Shown: one piece after another, positions 27,852 through 37,224 of the stretch
Numbering within the stretch: the first letter of the stretch is position 1
Layout of the letters: each line of letters opens with the position of its first letter
NCBI GenBank assembly: GCA_965230265.1
Contig: OZ245999.1
Location: 1,755,158-1,819,157 of the forward strand
DNA from: Wenzhouxiangellaceae bacterium
GTDB taxonomy: Bacteria > Pseudomonadota > Gammaproteobacteria > Xanthomonadales > Wenzhouxiangellaceae
Direction: 5' to 3'
Length of the DNA: 64,000 bases
The notes under the pieces: generated by a model
Database searches by the model: none
Seen by the model: only the letters and a program-made list of their open reading frames with translations
What the model was told of the DNA's origin: nothing
Made by a program: the position numbers and the translations under genes

Positions 27852-28568
27852 TTAAATCTGCTGGTTCAATAGGCTGGTTGTATCAGTATCCAGCTCGGTA
27901 TCTGAACTGGCTCTCAAACCGCCATAACGCCCGGCGTATTGATTGATCAGCAATTCACTCAGTAACGCGACCCGCTGTTGCCATAGGCCGGTACGTTCAT
28001 TGCTGATCAACTCATTGTCTCCAACCGAGTTACGGCTGACTTCCGAGGCTGCTATTTGTAAATCCACAAAAGCAATCATACGTTCTAGCTCATCGGTGGT
28101 GACTGCCTGATAGCCGGATAACACCTGCCCGTTGTCTTGTTGTCGCAATGCCCTAAGCGTGTTTTCCAAAAACTGTGAGCGCTCAACCAGTTGCCGTAGA
28201 TGCTCACCGCCCTGTTCCACTACCTGCACTGGTTGCGGGGAAATGCTTAACGGTGGCCGATAAAACACCACCGAAATCACCACCAGCAATGCTGCCGCAA
28301 TACCAATCCATTCATCAGCACGCAACCAGCCATGGCTGGCTTTACGTTTCCTGATGCTTGCAGGGCCAGCGAGGGTGTCATGATTCAACTGCTGTGATAT
28401 CTGCTCCCAACCGGCAGTTTCTGGAACCGCCTTCAGCGGCAGACCCTGTAAGGCCGTTTTCAATCCTCGCAGGGATTGCAGCTCATCATCACCAGAGAGG
28501 AAGTCCTGCAAAGCTTTGGTGGAATCAGCGGTCGATGGCTTGCTTGATGAATGGGTAGGCTTGTTCAT
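27852..28568 (-). CDS. Single-pass membrane anti-sigma factor (putative)
   Basis: Its start overlaps the sigma gene's stop (ATGA). About 90 aa of cytoplasmic N-terminal region is followed by one TM helix 'WIGIAAALLVVISVVFY' and a periplasmic C-domain. Confidence 0.5.
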   Translation of the reverse strand: MNKPTHSSSKPSTADSTKALQDFLSGDDELQSLRGLKTALQGLPLKAVPETAGWEQISQQLNHDTLAGPASIRKRKASHGWLRADEWIGIAAALLVVISVVFYRPPLSISPQPVQVVEQGGEHLRQLVERSQFLENTLRALRQQDNGQVLSGYQAVTTDELERMIAFVDLQIAASEVSRNSVGDNELISNERTGLWQQRVALLSELLINQYAGRYGGLRASSDTELDTDTTSLLNQQI

Positions 28569-29254
28569 GAATTTGCCTCAAACAGCACATTGCTGTTCAG
28601 ATGATGATTTTGGGGTGATGGGTGAGCTGACACTGATCCAGTATTTGATTCGGACTCAGATGGGGATGGACCCAATAGTTCTCTTAATTGAATATGCGCT
28701 CTTGCCAGACGAGATTTGGAAAAACTGACACTGCGGTCCATCAACTGTGCCACTTCGGCATGCGTATAACCTTCTACATGGTATAACCAAACCACCATCC
28801 GCGATAAACCCGGCAGTTTCTGCAAAGCCACCTCCAGTTCATTGCACTGGGTATATTGGGTGGCCTTTAACGAACTGGCTAACTCCGGGCTATGCAAGGC
28901 ATCTTCCATATCAACCTCTATACCTCGGCGCTTGTCAGAACGCATTCTCATTAAAGCAGTGGTACTGACAATTGTTCGCAGCCAACACCAAAATGGTGCA
29001 TCGCTACGGTATTGATACAAACATTTAAAGCATTTCACAAAACTGTCCTGCATCACATCCTGAGCATCCGCCTGGTGACACAACAGCCGCAGCGCCAGGT
29101 TATACACCTGCCTGGAATATCTTTGATACAACCACTGCATTGCTACCTGATCACCTGTTTGAGCCTGAAAAATCATATCCTGCTCTTGCTGTTGGTGGTT
29201 ATCTGTTGCTGTCGGTGGTTTTTTGGAAGCTTCTGAACCCAAGCACCCGCTCAC
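28565..29254 (-). CDS. ECF (sigma-24-like) RNA polymerase sigma factor
   Basis: Sigma region 2 ('…YxxLxxxALRLLxxxxDAQDVMQDSFVK…') and region 4 HTH ('…GYTHAEVAQLMDRSVSFSKSRLARA'). The start may instead be the internal MIFQAQ at 29176. Confidence 0.8.
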   Translation of the reverse strand: MSGCLGSEASKKPPTATDNHQQQEQDMIFQAQTGDQVAMQWLYQRYSRQVYNLALRLLCHQADAQDVMQDSFVKCFKCLYQYRSDAPFWCWLRTIVSTTALMRMRSDKRRGIEVDMEDALHSPELASSLKATQYTQCNELEVALQKLPGLSRMVVWLYHVEGYTHAEVAQLMDRSVSFSKSRLARAHIQLRELLGPSPSESESNTGSVSAHPSPQNHHLNSNVLFEANS

Positions 29255-29416
29255 TATTGTTGTTGGCTATAGGTATAGATGTCGAAATCGCGAAAAAGGT
29301 CGCAATCAATTCAGACGAATAAATGACTCACAACATGGCACTATTTGAATACTTTGCCTAAACCCCGGTAAAACCGCTGCAATAAGCGTTATCTGCTAGT
29401 GCTGATGCCACTGTCA

Positions 29417-31324
29417 TCACCCCCCATTGGACCAAAGATAAACCAGCGCCAGACAGGCCAGCGCATTATTGATGGCATGCAAAAGGATACTCGGCATCAG
29501 GCTTTTAGAGTGCTTGACAAAATACCCGGCAACCAAACCCAATGCCGTATAAAAGATAAATAACTGGGTATCCTCATGGACCAGCGCAAACAGCACCGCT
29601 TGGATACTGTTTGCCCAGAAAAAGTTCAGGTGCTTAGACAACGCCGATAACAGCACACCTCTAAACAACAACTCTTCAACAATCGGCGTAATCACCGCCA
29701 CCGACAACAGCATTGCCCACAGCCCATACAAATTGTAAATGGACTGAACAGATTCTTCGGTGAATGTTTGGTTGGTTTGCCCAATACCGGCAGCACCTGC
29801 AGTAAAACCTTCTGCCAATACTGCCACCACTCGCAAGCAAATATACAAAACCAGTGACAAGCCAACACTCTTGCCCCAGGACCATTCGCCCGTATCAAAC
29901 AATCGCCAATTACCTCTGGCTACTAGCAACACAGCAGCCAGCATACAAACATCCACAAAGAACAGTGTGTGCGCTTTTGCCTGCTGAGTTAGCTCATCGG
30001 CTGACCATTCAATATCCGGGAGAAATAACGATGCAAGCTCTGGGTATGACCAGATATACAAGGTAATAAAGTCAACCAACAGATAGACCGTCAATAACCA
30101 CCATGCATGCTTCAGGTTCCAGGTCCCGATAAATGCATTGGTCTGCCAACCTTTGCGCTGTTTCAATAAGCTGCGGTAATGAACCGGCAGGATTAATACC
30201 AGTGGGATAGCCGCGCAAAACAACAGCAATAACACCCAGTTCAGTGACCATAGAAAATCTTTGACAGTAAAAGCAATTTCAGGGAAAACTCGCTTGAGTT
30301 GCCAACGGTAATACAACAATGGATCACTGCTATAACCTTGCTGGCGGTACAGCTGGTATACCTGGTTGGCTTGCTCTGGGTACGGTTGCTGTAAAGCAAA
30401 CTCCAGAAGCGCTTTGCCACTTTTGAGCGGGTCATAGTTATCTTGCAAATAACTCGACATGGCATCCAGGGCTTGCTGCTGTTTACCCTGCGCCATATAT
30501 AGACGTATCAGATCATCATTTGATGGCGTTATGCCATAGTCGGCCTGCATGGTTTGATACAGCGTTTCAGCTTCACCCAGATACCCATGGTTAACCAAGT
30601 GTTCAAACGCCAGACGCGTTGTCCAATTATTGTCATCGTTGTATTGCAAAGAAGAAAGGATATCCAGCGCCTGCGGGGCCTCACCGATAGAGAAATAATA
30701 CTTGGCGGCCCTTACCCCTTCGTACACCATTGATCGATCCAGCTCATAGGCTTCTGCTGCCAGCTTGCCGGCCAACTCATCATCCAGCCAGCTGGTGTTA
30801 TCAGCAGCCGCAATTGTGTAGCGGTTGATTTGTTCGTTACTCCATCCGGAAATATCGGCAGATTGCCATTGCCGATAAATTTCCAGCGCATCTTCCCCAT
30901 AAGCGGTCTCTATATTCCGGATATCAATTTCCGGGTGTTCTGGGTAAGCCTCTTGTATTTGCTCAAAACAATCCGTGTTGATGTCTTCTGCGGCTTGAAC
31001 CCATGTATAGCCCTCATCGTTATAAGCAAACAATGCCGCCAGACGACAACGCTCGATCTGAACCGCTACCGTGTCCCTCTCGGGGTTATCTTGAATATAG
31101 ACTTCATAGGCCCGGTTAGCGTGGTTATAAAAGTTTTCGCTATCCTGTTCAGCCTGCTGATAAAGGCGTTCAGCACTGCCTGTTCCAAGGTCAATACTTT
31201 GTGCTGCTATTGATACACTGACAAGGCAAACAAAGCCGCCCACCATCAATGGCAAAAAGCAGTCAATAAAACGGGCCATCTGGCGGGTGAAAACCATGAT
31301 CATAGATAAGCAGGTGTCAATCAA
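29417..31324 (-). CDS. CPBP-family (CAAX/PrsW-type, Abi) intramembrane metalloprotease with N-terminal TPR-like domain
   Basis: The C-terminal membrane domain carries the CPBP motifs 'EELLFRG', 'FALVHE' and 'HAINN'. The N-terminal ~350 aa is TPR-like and helical. Confidence 0.7.
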   Translation of the reverse strand: MIDTCLSMIMVFTRQMARFIDCFLPLMVGGFVCLVSVSIAAQSIDLGTGSAERLYQQAEQDSENFYNHANRAYEVYIQDNPERDTVAVQIERCRLAALFAYNDEGYTWVQAAEDINTDCFEQIQEAYPEHPEIDIRNIETAYGEDALEIYRQWQSADISGWSNEQINRYTIAAADNTSWLDDELAGKLAAEAYELDRSMVYEGVRAAKYYFSIGEAPQALDILSSLQYNDDNNWTTRLAFEHLVNHGYLGEAETLYQTMQADYGITPSNDDLIRLYMAQGKQQQALDAMSSYLQDNYDPLKSGKALLEFALQQPYPEQANQVYQLYRQQGYSSDPLLYYRWQLKRVFPEIAFTVKDFLWSLNWVLLLLFCAAIPLVLILPVHYRSLLKQRKGWQTNAFIGTWNLKHAWWLLTVYLLVDFITLYIWSYPELASLFLPDIEWSADELTQQAKAHTLFFVDVCMLAAVLLVARGNWRLFDTGEWSWGKSVGLSLVLYICLRVVAVLAEGFTAGAAGIGQTNQTFTEESVQSIYNLYGLWAMLLSVAVITPIVEELLFRGVLLSALSKHLNFFWANSIQAVLFALVHEDTQLFIFYTALGLVAGYFVKHSKSLMPSILLHAINNALACLALVYLWSNGG

Positions 31325-31415
31325 AGAACAGTGTTAATGGTTACAGTATTGTTAATAGATAACAACCCGCAGCAGTGCCACGGGTTTTAATTCGCTTGGG
31401 TCTTATCAAAGACTA

Positions 31416-32585
31416 TCAACTGGTGCTGATCCGACTGGTCGTTTGCGTGTTGCCCTGCTCAATCTGAACCAGATTGCTCAAAACGCCATCCAAACCACCG
31501 AATACCGTCAGCGATCCGATCTTGTCGGTCACCTGCTCCAGCGCCTCCAGTTCTTTCAAACGCAACAGCGTTGGATTATCGGTCATCAACCGGGCAGTGT
31601 TCATTAAACTACGGGTAGCTGCAGTTTCTTCACGCCGCTTGATCAGGTTAGCCTGAGCCACTTTTTCTGCCTCAACCACCTGATTCAAAATGCTCTTCAT
31701 TTCGCCAGGCAGGATAATATCCTTGATCCCGGCAGAATGCAGTTGCATCCCAACTTCGATGGCTTTCGGTGCCACTTGTTTGCTAACCAGCGTACCGATG
31801 GCATCCTTATCACTTAGCAATTCATCCAGTGTGCGAGTACCAACGGTTTCCCGCAGGGCAAACTGCAATTCACGATAAATAAATGCCTCGTGGTTTTTCA
31901 CCTTGCTAATCAACAACTCTGCATCGATTACCCGAAAAGCAGCAGACAAATTAACCCGCAGTGATACCTTGTCTTTGGTCAGCATTTCCTGGCCATTGAT
32001 GTCCAGCAGCTGCTCACGATTATCAAAACTCAACACTTCAATTTTCCGCAAACAGGTCCAGAACGCATACCGGCCAGGGCTTAAGCTGCGTTGCAACTGG
32101 CCATCGACCATCAACAGTGCGGTTTCGTTCTGGGCAACTTCACTGCTGCACACCAACTTGCGAAACACGGTTGGGAAAATATCTGCGCCACGTTCCAGCA
32201 ACACTCTGGTCAAGCCAGGTTCAATTTCAAAGGTCTTGCTTACGTCAATGGTTTGCACCTGCACATCAACAACACCCTTCCAGAAAACCTGACGTGTACC
32301 GGGTCTGATCAGATTCCATAATTTACCATCACGGTACACCAGACCAACCTGCGTATCACTGATGTTGGCAATCTCCACGTGCTTTGCAAACAGTTCTGAA
32401 TGACGCTCCAGCAAAACATCCAGCTGCGGATGCCGCAGTATCAATGCGCCCGCATCACAACGCTCAAAGCTCACACGACCGAAAGCCCAGTGAACCCCTG
32501 GTGTTAAAATATCTTCCAGCTGACCATTACGGAACTGCAAGACCCGTTCATTTTCTGCAATGACAATACGATACAAACCAAACAT
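31416..32585 (-). CDS. SPFH/band-7 (stomatin/slipin-like) domain protein
   Basis: I re-assigned the start to ATG 32585 with a GAGGT RBS; the track's TTG at 32624 is unlikely. The C-terminus is band-7-like ('…AIEVGMQLHSAGIKDIILPGEMKSILNQVVEAEKVAQAN…') and sits after repeated beta-rich modules. Confidence 0.5.
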   Translation of the reverse strand: MFGLYRIVIAENERVLQFRNGQLEDILTPGVHWAFGRVSFERCDAGALILRHPQLDVLLERHSELFAKHVEIANISDTQVGLVYRDGKLWNLIRPGTRQVFWKGVVDVQVQTIDVSKTFEIEPGLTRVLLERGADIFPTVFRKLVCSSEVAQNETALLMVDGQLQRSLSPGRYAFWTCLRKIEVLSFDNREQLLDINGQEMLTKDKVSLRVNLSAAFRVIDAELLISKVKNHEAFIYRELQFALRETVGTRTLDELLSDKDAIGTLVSKQVAPKAIEVGMQLHSAGIKDIILPGEMKSILNQVVEAEKVAQANLIKRREETAATRSLMNTARLMTDNPTLLRLKELEALEQVTDKIGSLTVFGGLDGVLSNLVQIEQGNTQTTSRISTS

Positions 32586-32954
32586 AATTTTTACCTCATA
32601 ATTTCTCCGATCAATTAATATCAATCATTAATAAAACACTGACTGGGTTATCCAGCAGCACATATTGGTGCGGTCAGCCCACGCCAATCAGGCGGGTTCA
32701 CAGTGAATTCGCCCCAGAAATTAACACCGATGGAACCGCTTTTAATGATTTAATTCAATCGAACTTGATTAAGCACAGCGCTGATTATTCAACGGCAATA
32801 CTCAACCCGTTTTCGACGTCATTTAAACCACGCCAAACGGTCGCATCGGGAACCAGGCCCAGCCGGCGCTGCTTCAGCTTTCAGCAATATTGAACAAGCC
32901 AACACTGCATCCGGCATCCGCCGGGCTTCCCGCGTTTTGTGGAAGCTTAGGCTC

Positions 32955-32992
32955 CCGGATTGTGGATTCGAACCACAAGGCTTTGCCTTTAC
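32955..32992 (-). pseudogene. Degenerate tRNA 3'-fragment (T-arm plus acceptor 3' strand only)
   Basis: A perfect T-arm GTGGTTCGAATCCAC is followed by ATCCGGGAGCC. I could find no matching 5' acceptor, D-arm or anticodon arm. The 7-mer GCCTAAG follows both this fragment and the intact tRNA. Confidence 0.2.
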
Positions 32993-33014
32993 CGTCATTG
33001 GCGTCTTAGGCCAT

Positions 33015-33088
33015 TTTTGAGAGCGGGATTCGAACCCGCCACACAACGATTATGAGTCGTCTGCTCTACCCATATGAGCTACCTCAAA
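33015..33088 (-). tRNA. tRNA with CAT anticodon (elongator Met, or tRNA-Ile2 with lysidine)
   Basis: Cloverleaf by eye: acceptor TTTGAGG/TCTCAAA, D-arm GCTC…GAGC, anticodon stem-loop GACGA-CTCATAA-TCGTT (identical loop to E. coli ileX/metT), T-arm GCGGG-TTCGAAT-CCCGC. CCA is not encoded. Confidence 0.6.
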
Positions 33089-33240
33089 GGTGCATCCAGC
33101 CATGCTCGATATCGGTATACATTGACCGCACAGCGGTTACGCACCAGGCAGGCATACAGAACCTGCGCCGCTGATATCAAACACACTTAGGTGCCTGGGG
33201 TTTTATTGGCAGGAATATCCGGCCATAAAACCGGCCGGGG

Positions 33241-33279
33241 AAATAAAAAAGCCCCGGCAATGGCCTGCCAGGGCTTTTA
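33241..33279 (-). terminator. Rho-independent terminator downstream of the TolB-like gene
   Basis: The minus-strand reading is AAGCCCTGGCAggccatTGCCGGGGCTTTTTTATTT. A second perfect 9-bp hairpin lies at 33286..33310. Confidence 0.6.
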
Positions 33280-33521
33280 AAAGCTCATGGAAGGCCGTGC
33301 AGCCTTCCATTAAGATGAAGGCTACAAAATCATATCCGCGCGTATAAATTTCGGGCACTCGGGCCTCGAAATCGGCGCTGAATTTAAATAATGATGTTGC
33401 ATGTGTTTATTCATAGCGACGGGATACTACGCCTATAGTTTTTTAATTGCAAGTATTTTTTGATTAATTTTCAATTTTATTTAATTGACTAAATAAATCA
33501 TCGAAACAATCGTTAACTAAT

Positions 33522-34385
33522 TCACTGCTCATATGACATGGAGACTATCAGATCCAGATCAATCATCACCAGATCGGTATGCTTACGCCCTGCCGAGCTG
33601 GCATAAACCAAACGGTTGCCAACTCTACGCGGGTTTAGTTGCGAACCAATAGCATTGATCCGGCGCACAGGCTTTGGCAATGACCAGGCGTTATCATACA
33701 TACGCTGACTGATATACAAATCACCGGATACCGTAATATTTTGCAAGCGCCCGGAGGCTTCAAAAACCAGCCATTGTTCATCCTGAGATACCCAAAGGTT
33801 CCATTCACCGGTATCGGCATTGAGTGTTGAACTCAACGCCTTAACCTGCCAGCCATCTTTGTTTTGTTCAGCCACGTATAAATTACCATCACCACCGCGA
33901 CCGGATGCAAAATAAAGCTTCCCCGATCTGGGTATGGGGCTGTATTCATCTCCCGAGGAATTTATCGGTGCAGGCAAACGTATCGGCTGAGACCAACCCG
34001 AATCGGTAAAACCAACTTTAAAAATATCCGCCCCGGTTTCTGAATTTTCACTCACACGCTGTGATGTTAGCCATAAGGTCTGATCGCTTTCATCAAAATA
34101 AGGATCGCCAGCATTCTGTAATCCAGCCAATGATAAACTTTTGACCTTCTCCGATTGACAGTCATAAACCAATAATTCACTATTGAACCCCTGCTGCCCC
34201 CACTCGCCATCACGCCGTTCAAAAATAAATTGCCCTGCCAGCGGCCCGGCTGTGATTGCCAGCTCATTGGCAGATGTATTGATTTGCTCCAGTGCCGTTG
34301 GTAAACACGCCTCCCCAGCAGCCACACTGCAACCGGCAACCAAACCGAGCAAAATCACCCAATATCGAAAAGAAGCTTTATTCAT
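33522..34385 (-). CDS. Secreted TolB-like / PD40 beta-propeller repeat protein
   Basis: Signal peptide, then repeated '…SxDGxxLxFxSxR…/…SPxxxSGKLYFASxRGG…' PD40-like blades. Confidence 0.5.
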   Translation of the reverse strand: MNKASFRYWVILLGLVAGCSVAAGEACLPTALEQINTSANELAITAGPLAGQFIFERRDGEWGQQGFNSELLVYDCQSEKVKSLSLAGLQNAGDPYFDESDQTLWLTSQRVSENSETGADIFKVGFTDSGWSQPIRLPAPINSSGDEYSPIPRSGKLYFASGRGGDGNLYVAEQNKDGWQVKALSSTLNADTGEWNLWVSQDEQWLVFEASGRLQNITVSGDLYISQRMYDNAWSLPKPVRRINAIGSQLNPRRVGNRLVYASSAGRKHTDLVMIDLDLIVSMSYEQ

Positions 34386-34422
34386 CTGAACTATAATAAC
34401 GTTTTGTTTACCGGAGCCGACT

Positions 34423-34965
34423 GTGCCCGTTAAAGCGGTTTTACGAATAGGTCATCCATCTCTACGCCAAACAGCTCAGCCGGTCCATCAGTTTGATACA
34501 CCAAAGCTGCATGCTCTAATTGCCGACATGCTGGACACCATGGCGCATTATAATGGTGCCGGTCTGGCGGCACCACAAATTGGTGTTGGTTTGCGAGTGG
34601 TTATTTTTGGTGTGGGCACCAACCCCCGTTATCCGCAAGCTGAACCGGTACCACAGACTGTGCTTATCAACCCGGTCATTGCACCGGTTAGTGATGGTCA
34701 ATCCAGCGATTGGGAAGGCTGCTTAAGCGTACCTGGAATGCGTGGTAAAGTTTCGCGCTATCAGCGCATTCGTTACCAAGGCTTTGATCAGTTTGGCCAA
34801 CCAATAGAGCGCACTGCTGAACAATTCCATGCCCGTGTGGTACAGCATGAATGTGACCATTTGGATGGCGTGCTGTATACCGATCGACTGGATCATTCGG
34901 GTGAATTTGGTTTTATCGAAGAACTGACTGCTGCCGGTTTACTCAATACATCGCCAGTTGAATGA
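34423..34965 (+). CDS. def: Peptide deformylase
   Basis: All three motifs are present: 'GAGLAAPQIGV', 'EGCLSVPG' and 'QHECDHLDG'. GTG start with a GGAG RBS. Confidence 0.9.
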   Translation: MPVKAVLRIGHPSLRQTAQPVHQFDTPKLHALIADMLDTMAHYNGAGLAAPQIGVGLRVVIFGVGTNPRYPQAEPVPQTVLINPVIAPVSDGQSSDWEGCLSVPGMRGKVSRYQRIRYQGFDQFGQPIERTAEQFHARVVQHECDHLDGVLYTDRLDHSGEFGFIEELTAAGLLNTSPVE

Positions 34966-35014
34966 CCGCGCTGCCGCTACCATTTATCCAGTATTGTTTG
35001 AGCCAGGAACCATT

Positions 35015-35497
35015 ATGCCTTCATTTGATGTCGTCTCAGAAGTAGACCAACACGAACTAAGCAACGCTATTGATCAAGCCAATCGCGAGGTTGCCACCCG
35101 TTTTGACTTTAAAGGCAGCGGCGCAAAATTCACAGCGGCAGACAACACCATCACCATGCATGCACAAGCAGAGTTTCAGTTGCAGCAAATGATGGACATT
35201 TTACGTAAGAAGATGGCCAGTCGAGGTATTGATCTGTATTGCCTGGAGGCCAAAGACCCGGTGGTTCAGAACAAAACCGCCACACAAATGCTGTTGGTTA
35301 ATGAAGGTATTGATACCCCTACAGCCAAAAAGCTGGTGAAAATGATCAAGGACAGCAAAATCAAGGTGCAAACTGCCATTCAAGATCAACAGCTGCGCGT
35401 TACCGGTAAAAAACGCGACGATCTGCAATCAGCCATCGCCCTGCTAAAAGGTGCAGAATTGAAGTTGCCACTGCAATATAAAAATTTCAGAGACTGA
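35015..35497 (+). CDS. yajQ: YajQ-family (UPF0234) nucleotide/c-di-GMP-binding protein
   Basis: 'MPSFDVVSEVDxxELxNAxDQAxREVxxRFDFKG' is the canonical YajQ N-terminus. AGGAA RBS. The track's upstream extension overlaps def. Confidence 0.85.
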   Translation: MPSFDVVSEVDQHELSNAIDQANREVATRFDFKGSGAKFTAADNTITMHAQAEFQLQQMMDILRKKMASRGIDLYCLEAKDPVVQNKTATQMLLVNEGIDTPTAKKLVKMIKDSKIKVQTAIQDQQLRVTGKKRDDLQSAIALLKGAELKLPLQYKNFRD

Positions 35498-35577
35498 TAG
35501 TCGTTACGACGACAAAACACCATTAGGTTTACTCGAAGCACTGTCAAAACAGTGCTATCAATCGCAATCCCAATACC

Positions 35578-36438
35578 CTAACGATTGATCACACGGATTA
35601 AACCTTCCTGTGCGGTACTGGCTACCAGTGTTCCGCCTTCTGTGAATATCATTCCGCGCGATGTACCACGTCCACCATGTGCGCTCGGGCTATCGAAGCT
35701 GTATAGCAACCACTGATCGACTTTCACTCTTTGATGGAACCACATGGCATGATCAAGACTGGCCATTACAACATTGCCTTTATCGAACCTTAACGCATGT
35801 GGCAAAGTGGCTGTGCCCAGCAATTCATAGTCGGATACATAGGCCAATAAGTTTCTATGCAATGCCGGTTCATCCGGCAAGCCATCACAGGCTCGCATCC
35901 AGACATGTTTGATCGGTGGCTGCTTTACCGGATCAAGAAAATTGGGCGGCGTGACCGGGCGAAACTCAAACGGTGGCTGATGAGCCAGATACCGACGCAT
36001 CTTCTCGGGCACGGTATCCAGCAGCGCCTGCTTGATATCAAACGAGCTTTGCAATCCTTCTGGCCCAGCAACATCCGGCATCTTTGCCTGATGCTCCAGG
36101 CCTTGCTCTTCATGTTGAAACGACGCTGCCATATTAAAGATCGGTTTGCCGTGTTGAATCGCCACTACTCGCCGATTGGAAAAACTGCCGCCATCACGGG
36201 CTCTTTCCACCTGGTAAACAATGGGTGCATTAAAGTCACCGCGCCTTAAAAAATAGGCATGCAAAGAGTGCGGAATCCGATCTTCAACCGTATTGTGTGC
36301 CGCTGACAAAGCCTGCCCCAGCACTTGTCCACCAAACACCTGTGGACTGCCAATATCCCGGCTTTCGCCACGGAAGATATTTTCTTCGATACGTTCGAGC
36401 TGTAAAAGATTTACAACGTCAGCGAGTACAGGGTTCAT
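35578..36438 (-). CDS. tesB: Acyl-CoA thioesterase II
   Basis: 286 aa. It has the 'LExIEENIFRGxSxDxGxxxVFGGQVLGQAL' N-terminus and a double hotdog fold. Confidence 0.85.
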   Translation of the reverse strand: MNPVLADVVNLLQLERIEENIFRGESRDIGSPQVFGGQVLGQALSAAHNTVEDRIPHSLHAYFLRRGDFNAPIVYQVERARDGGSFSNRRVVAIQHGKPIFNMAASFQHEEQGLEHQAKMPDVAGPEGLQSSFDIKQALLDTVPEKMRRYLAHQPPFEFRPVTPPNFLDPVKQPPIKHVWMRACDGLPDEPALHRNLLAYVSDYELLGTATLPHALRFDKGNVVMASLDHAMWFHQRVKVDQWLLYSFDSPSAHGGRGTSRGMIFTEGGTLVASTAQEGLIRVINR

Positions 36439-36465
36439 CGTTTTCTCTTATCCGCTGGCAACCGG

Positions 36466-37224
36466 TCAGTTTTCATCTTTGCTTGCCTGCTTTTCCTCAA
36501 CACCATACTCTTTCAATTTCTGGCTGGCCTTACGGCCAACAATCCAGGTTACCGCTATAGTGGCAACAATACCTACAGCAAAAAAAACATATTTCAAAGT
36601 ACTGGTTGAAGCGCCTCCGCTGGCTGCCTCTCCCCCGAGTGAGGCAATCCATAGGTACAGCAATGTTCCCGGCATAATTCCAAAAAATGTCGCCAGGGTA
36701 TAAGGCCAAAACCTGACCGATGTGATACCAAAAAACCAGTTCTGCAGATTAAATGGCACGGCTGGTGACAGGCGTAATAACCCCACCACCTTCCAACCAT
36801 CTTCCTCAACGGCCCGATCAACCGCTTTAAGCTTGGGATTGTCCGAAACCCAGCCCTGTACTCGGTCACGAAACAGATACCGCCCCGCCAAAAACGACAA
36901 TGATGCCCCCACCGTTGCACCTGCGATAACGATGGGAAAACCTGCCAATCCATATGCCAGACCGGCTGCCAGTGTTAAAACAGAACCTGGGAAAAACACC
37001 AGACATGCGAGCGCATAGACGCAGGCAAACACCAGTGCACCAAACACCCCTTGATTGGCGGTCCATTCTCTCAACGCTGTAATCCACTCTGTGACCGGCA
37101 AAAAATACCACATGGCAAATATCGCCAGAATGACCAGCAAATAAATAACCCAGGTTTTCGATCTAGTTTCTTCCACAGCCACTGCAGGTTCCTTTTGTTT
37201 TATTCGATACCCAATATACCGCAC
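36466..37224 (-). CDS. TVP38/TMEM64 (DedA-like) family membrane protein
   Basis: Has the characteristic 'FFPGSVLTLAAGLAYG…' re-entrant motif and 5-6 TM helices. Confidence 0.7.
   Translation of the reverse strand: MRYIGYRIKQKEPAVAVEETRSKTWVIYLLVILAIFAMWYFLPVTEWITALREWTANQGVFGALVFACVYALACLVFFPGSVLTLAAGLAYGLAGFPIVIAGATVGASLSFLAGRYLFRDRVQGWVSDNPKLKAVDRAVEEDGWKVVGLLRLSPAVPFNLQNWFFGITSVRFWPYTLATFFGIMPGTLLYLWIASLGGEAASGGASTSTLKYVFFAVGIVATIAVTWIVGRKASQKLKEYGVEEKQASKDEN

Noticed and set aside
32955-32992. A second complete tRNA next to tRNA(CAT)
   Set aside because: Only the T-arm and 3' acceptor strand could be folded. I could find no complementary 5' acceptor strand, D-arm or anticodon arm on either strand, so I report it as a degenerate fragment rather than a gene. 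tRNAscan-SE should confirm this.
34958-35014. Track start of the yajQ ORF at 34958, overlapping def
   Set aside because: The canonical YajQ N-terminus MPSFDVV starts at 35015 behind an AGGAA RBS. The upstream 19 codons overlap the def C-terminus and are not conserved-looking.
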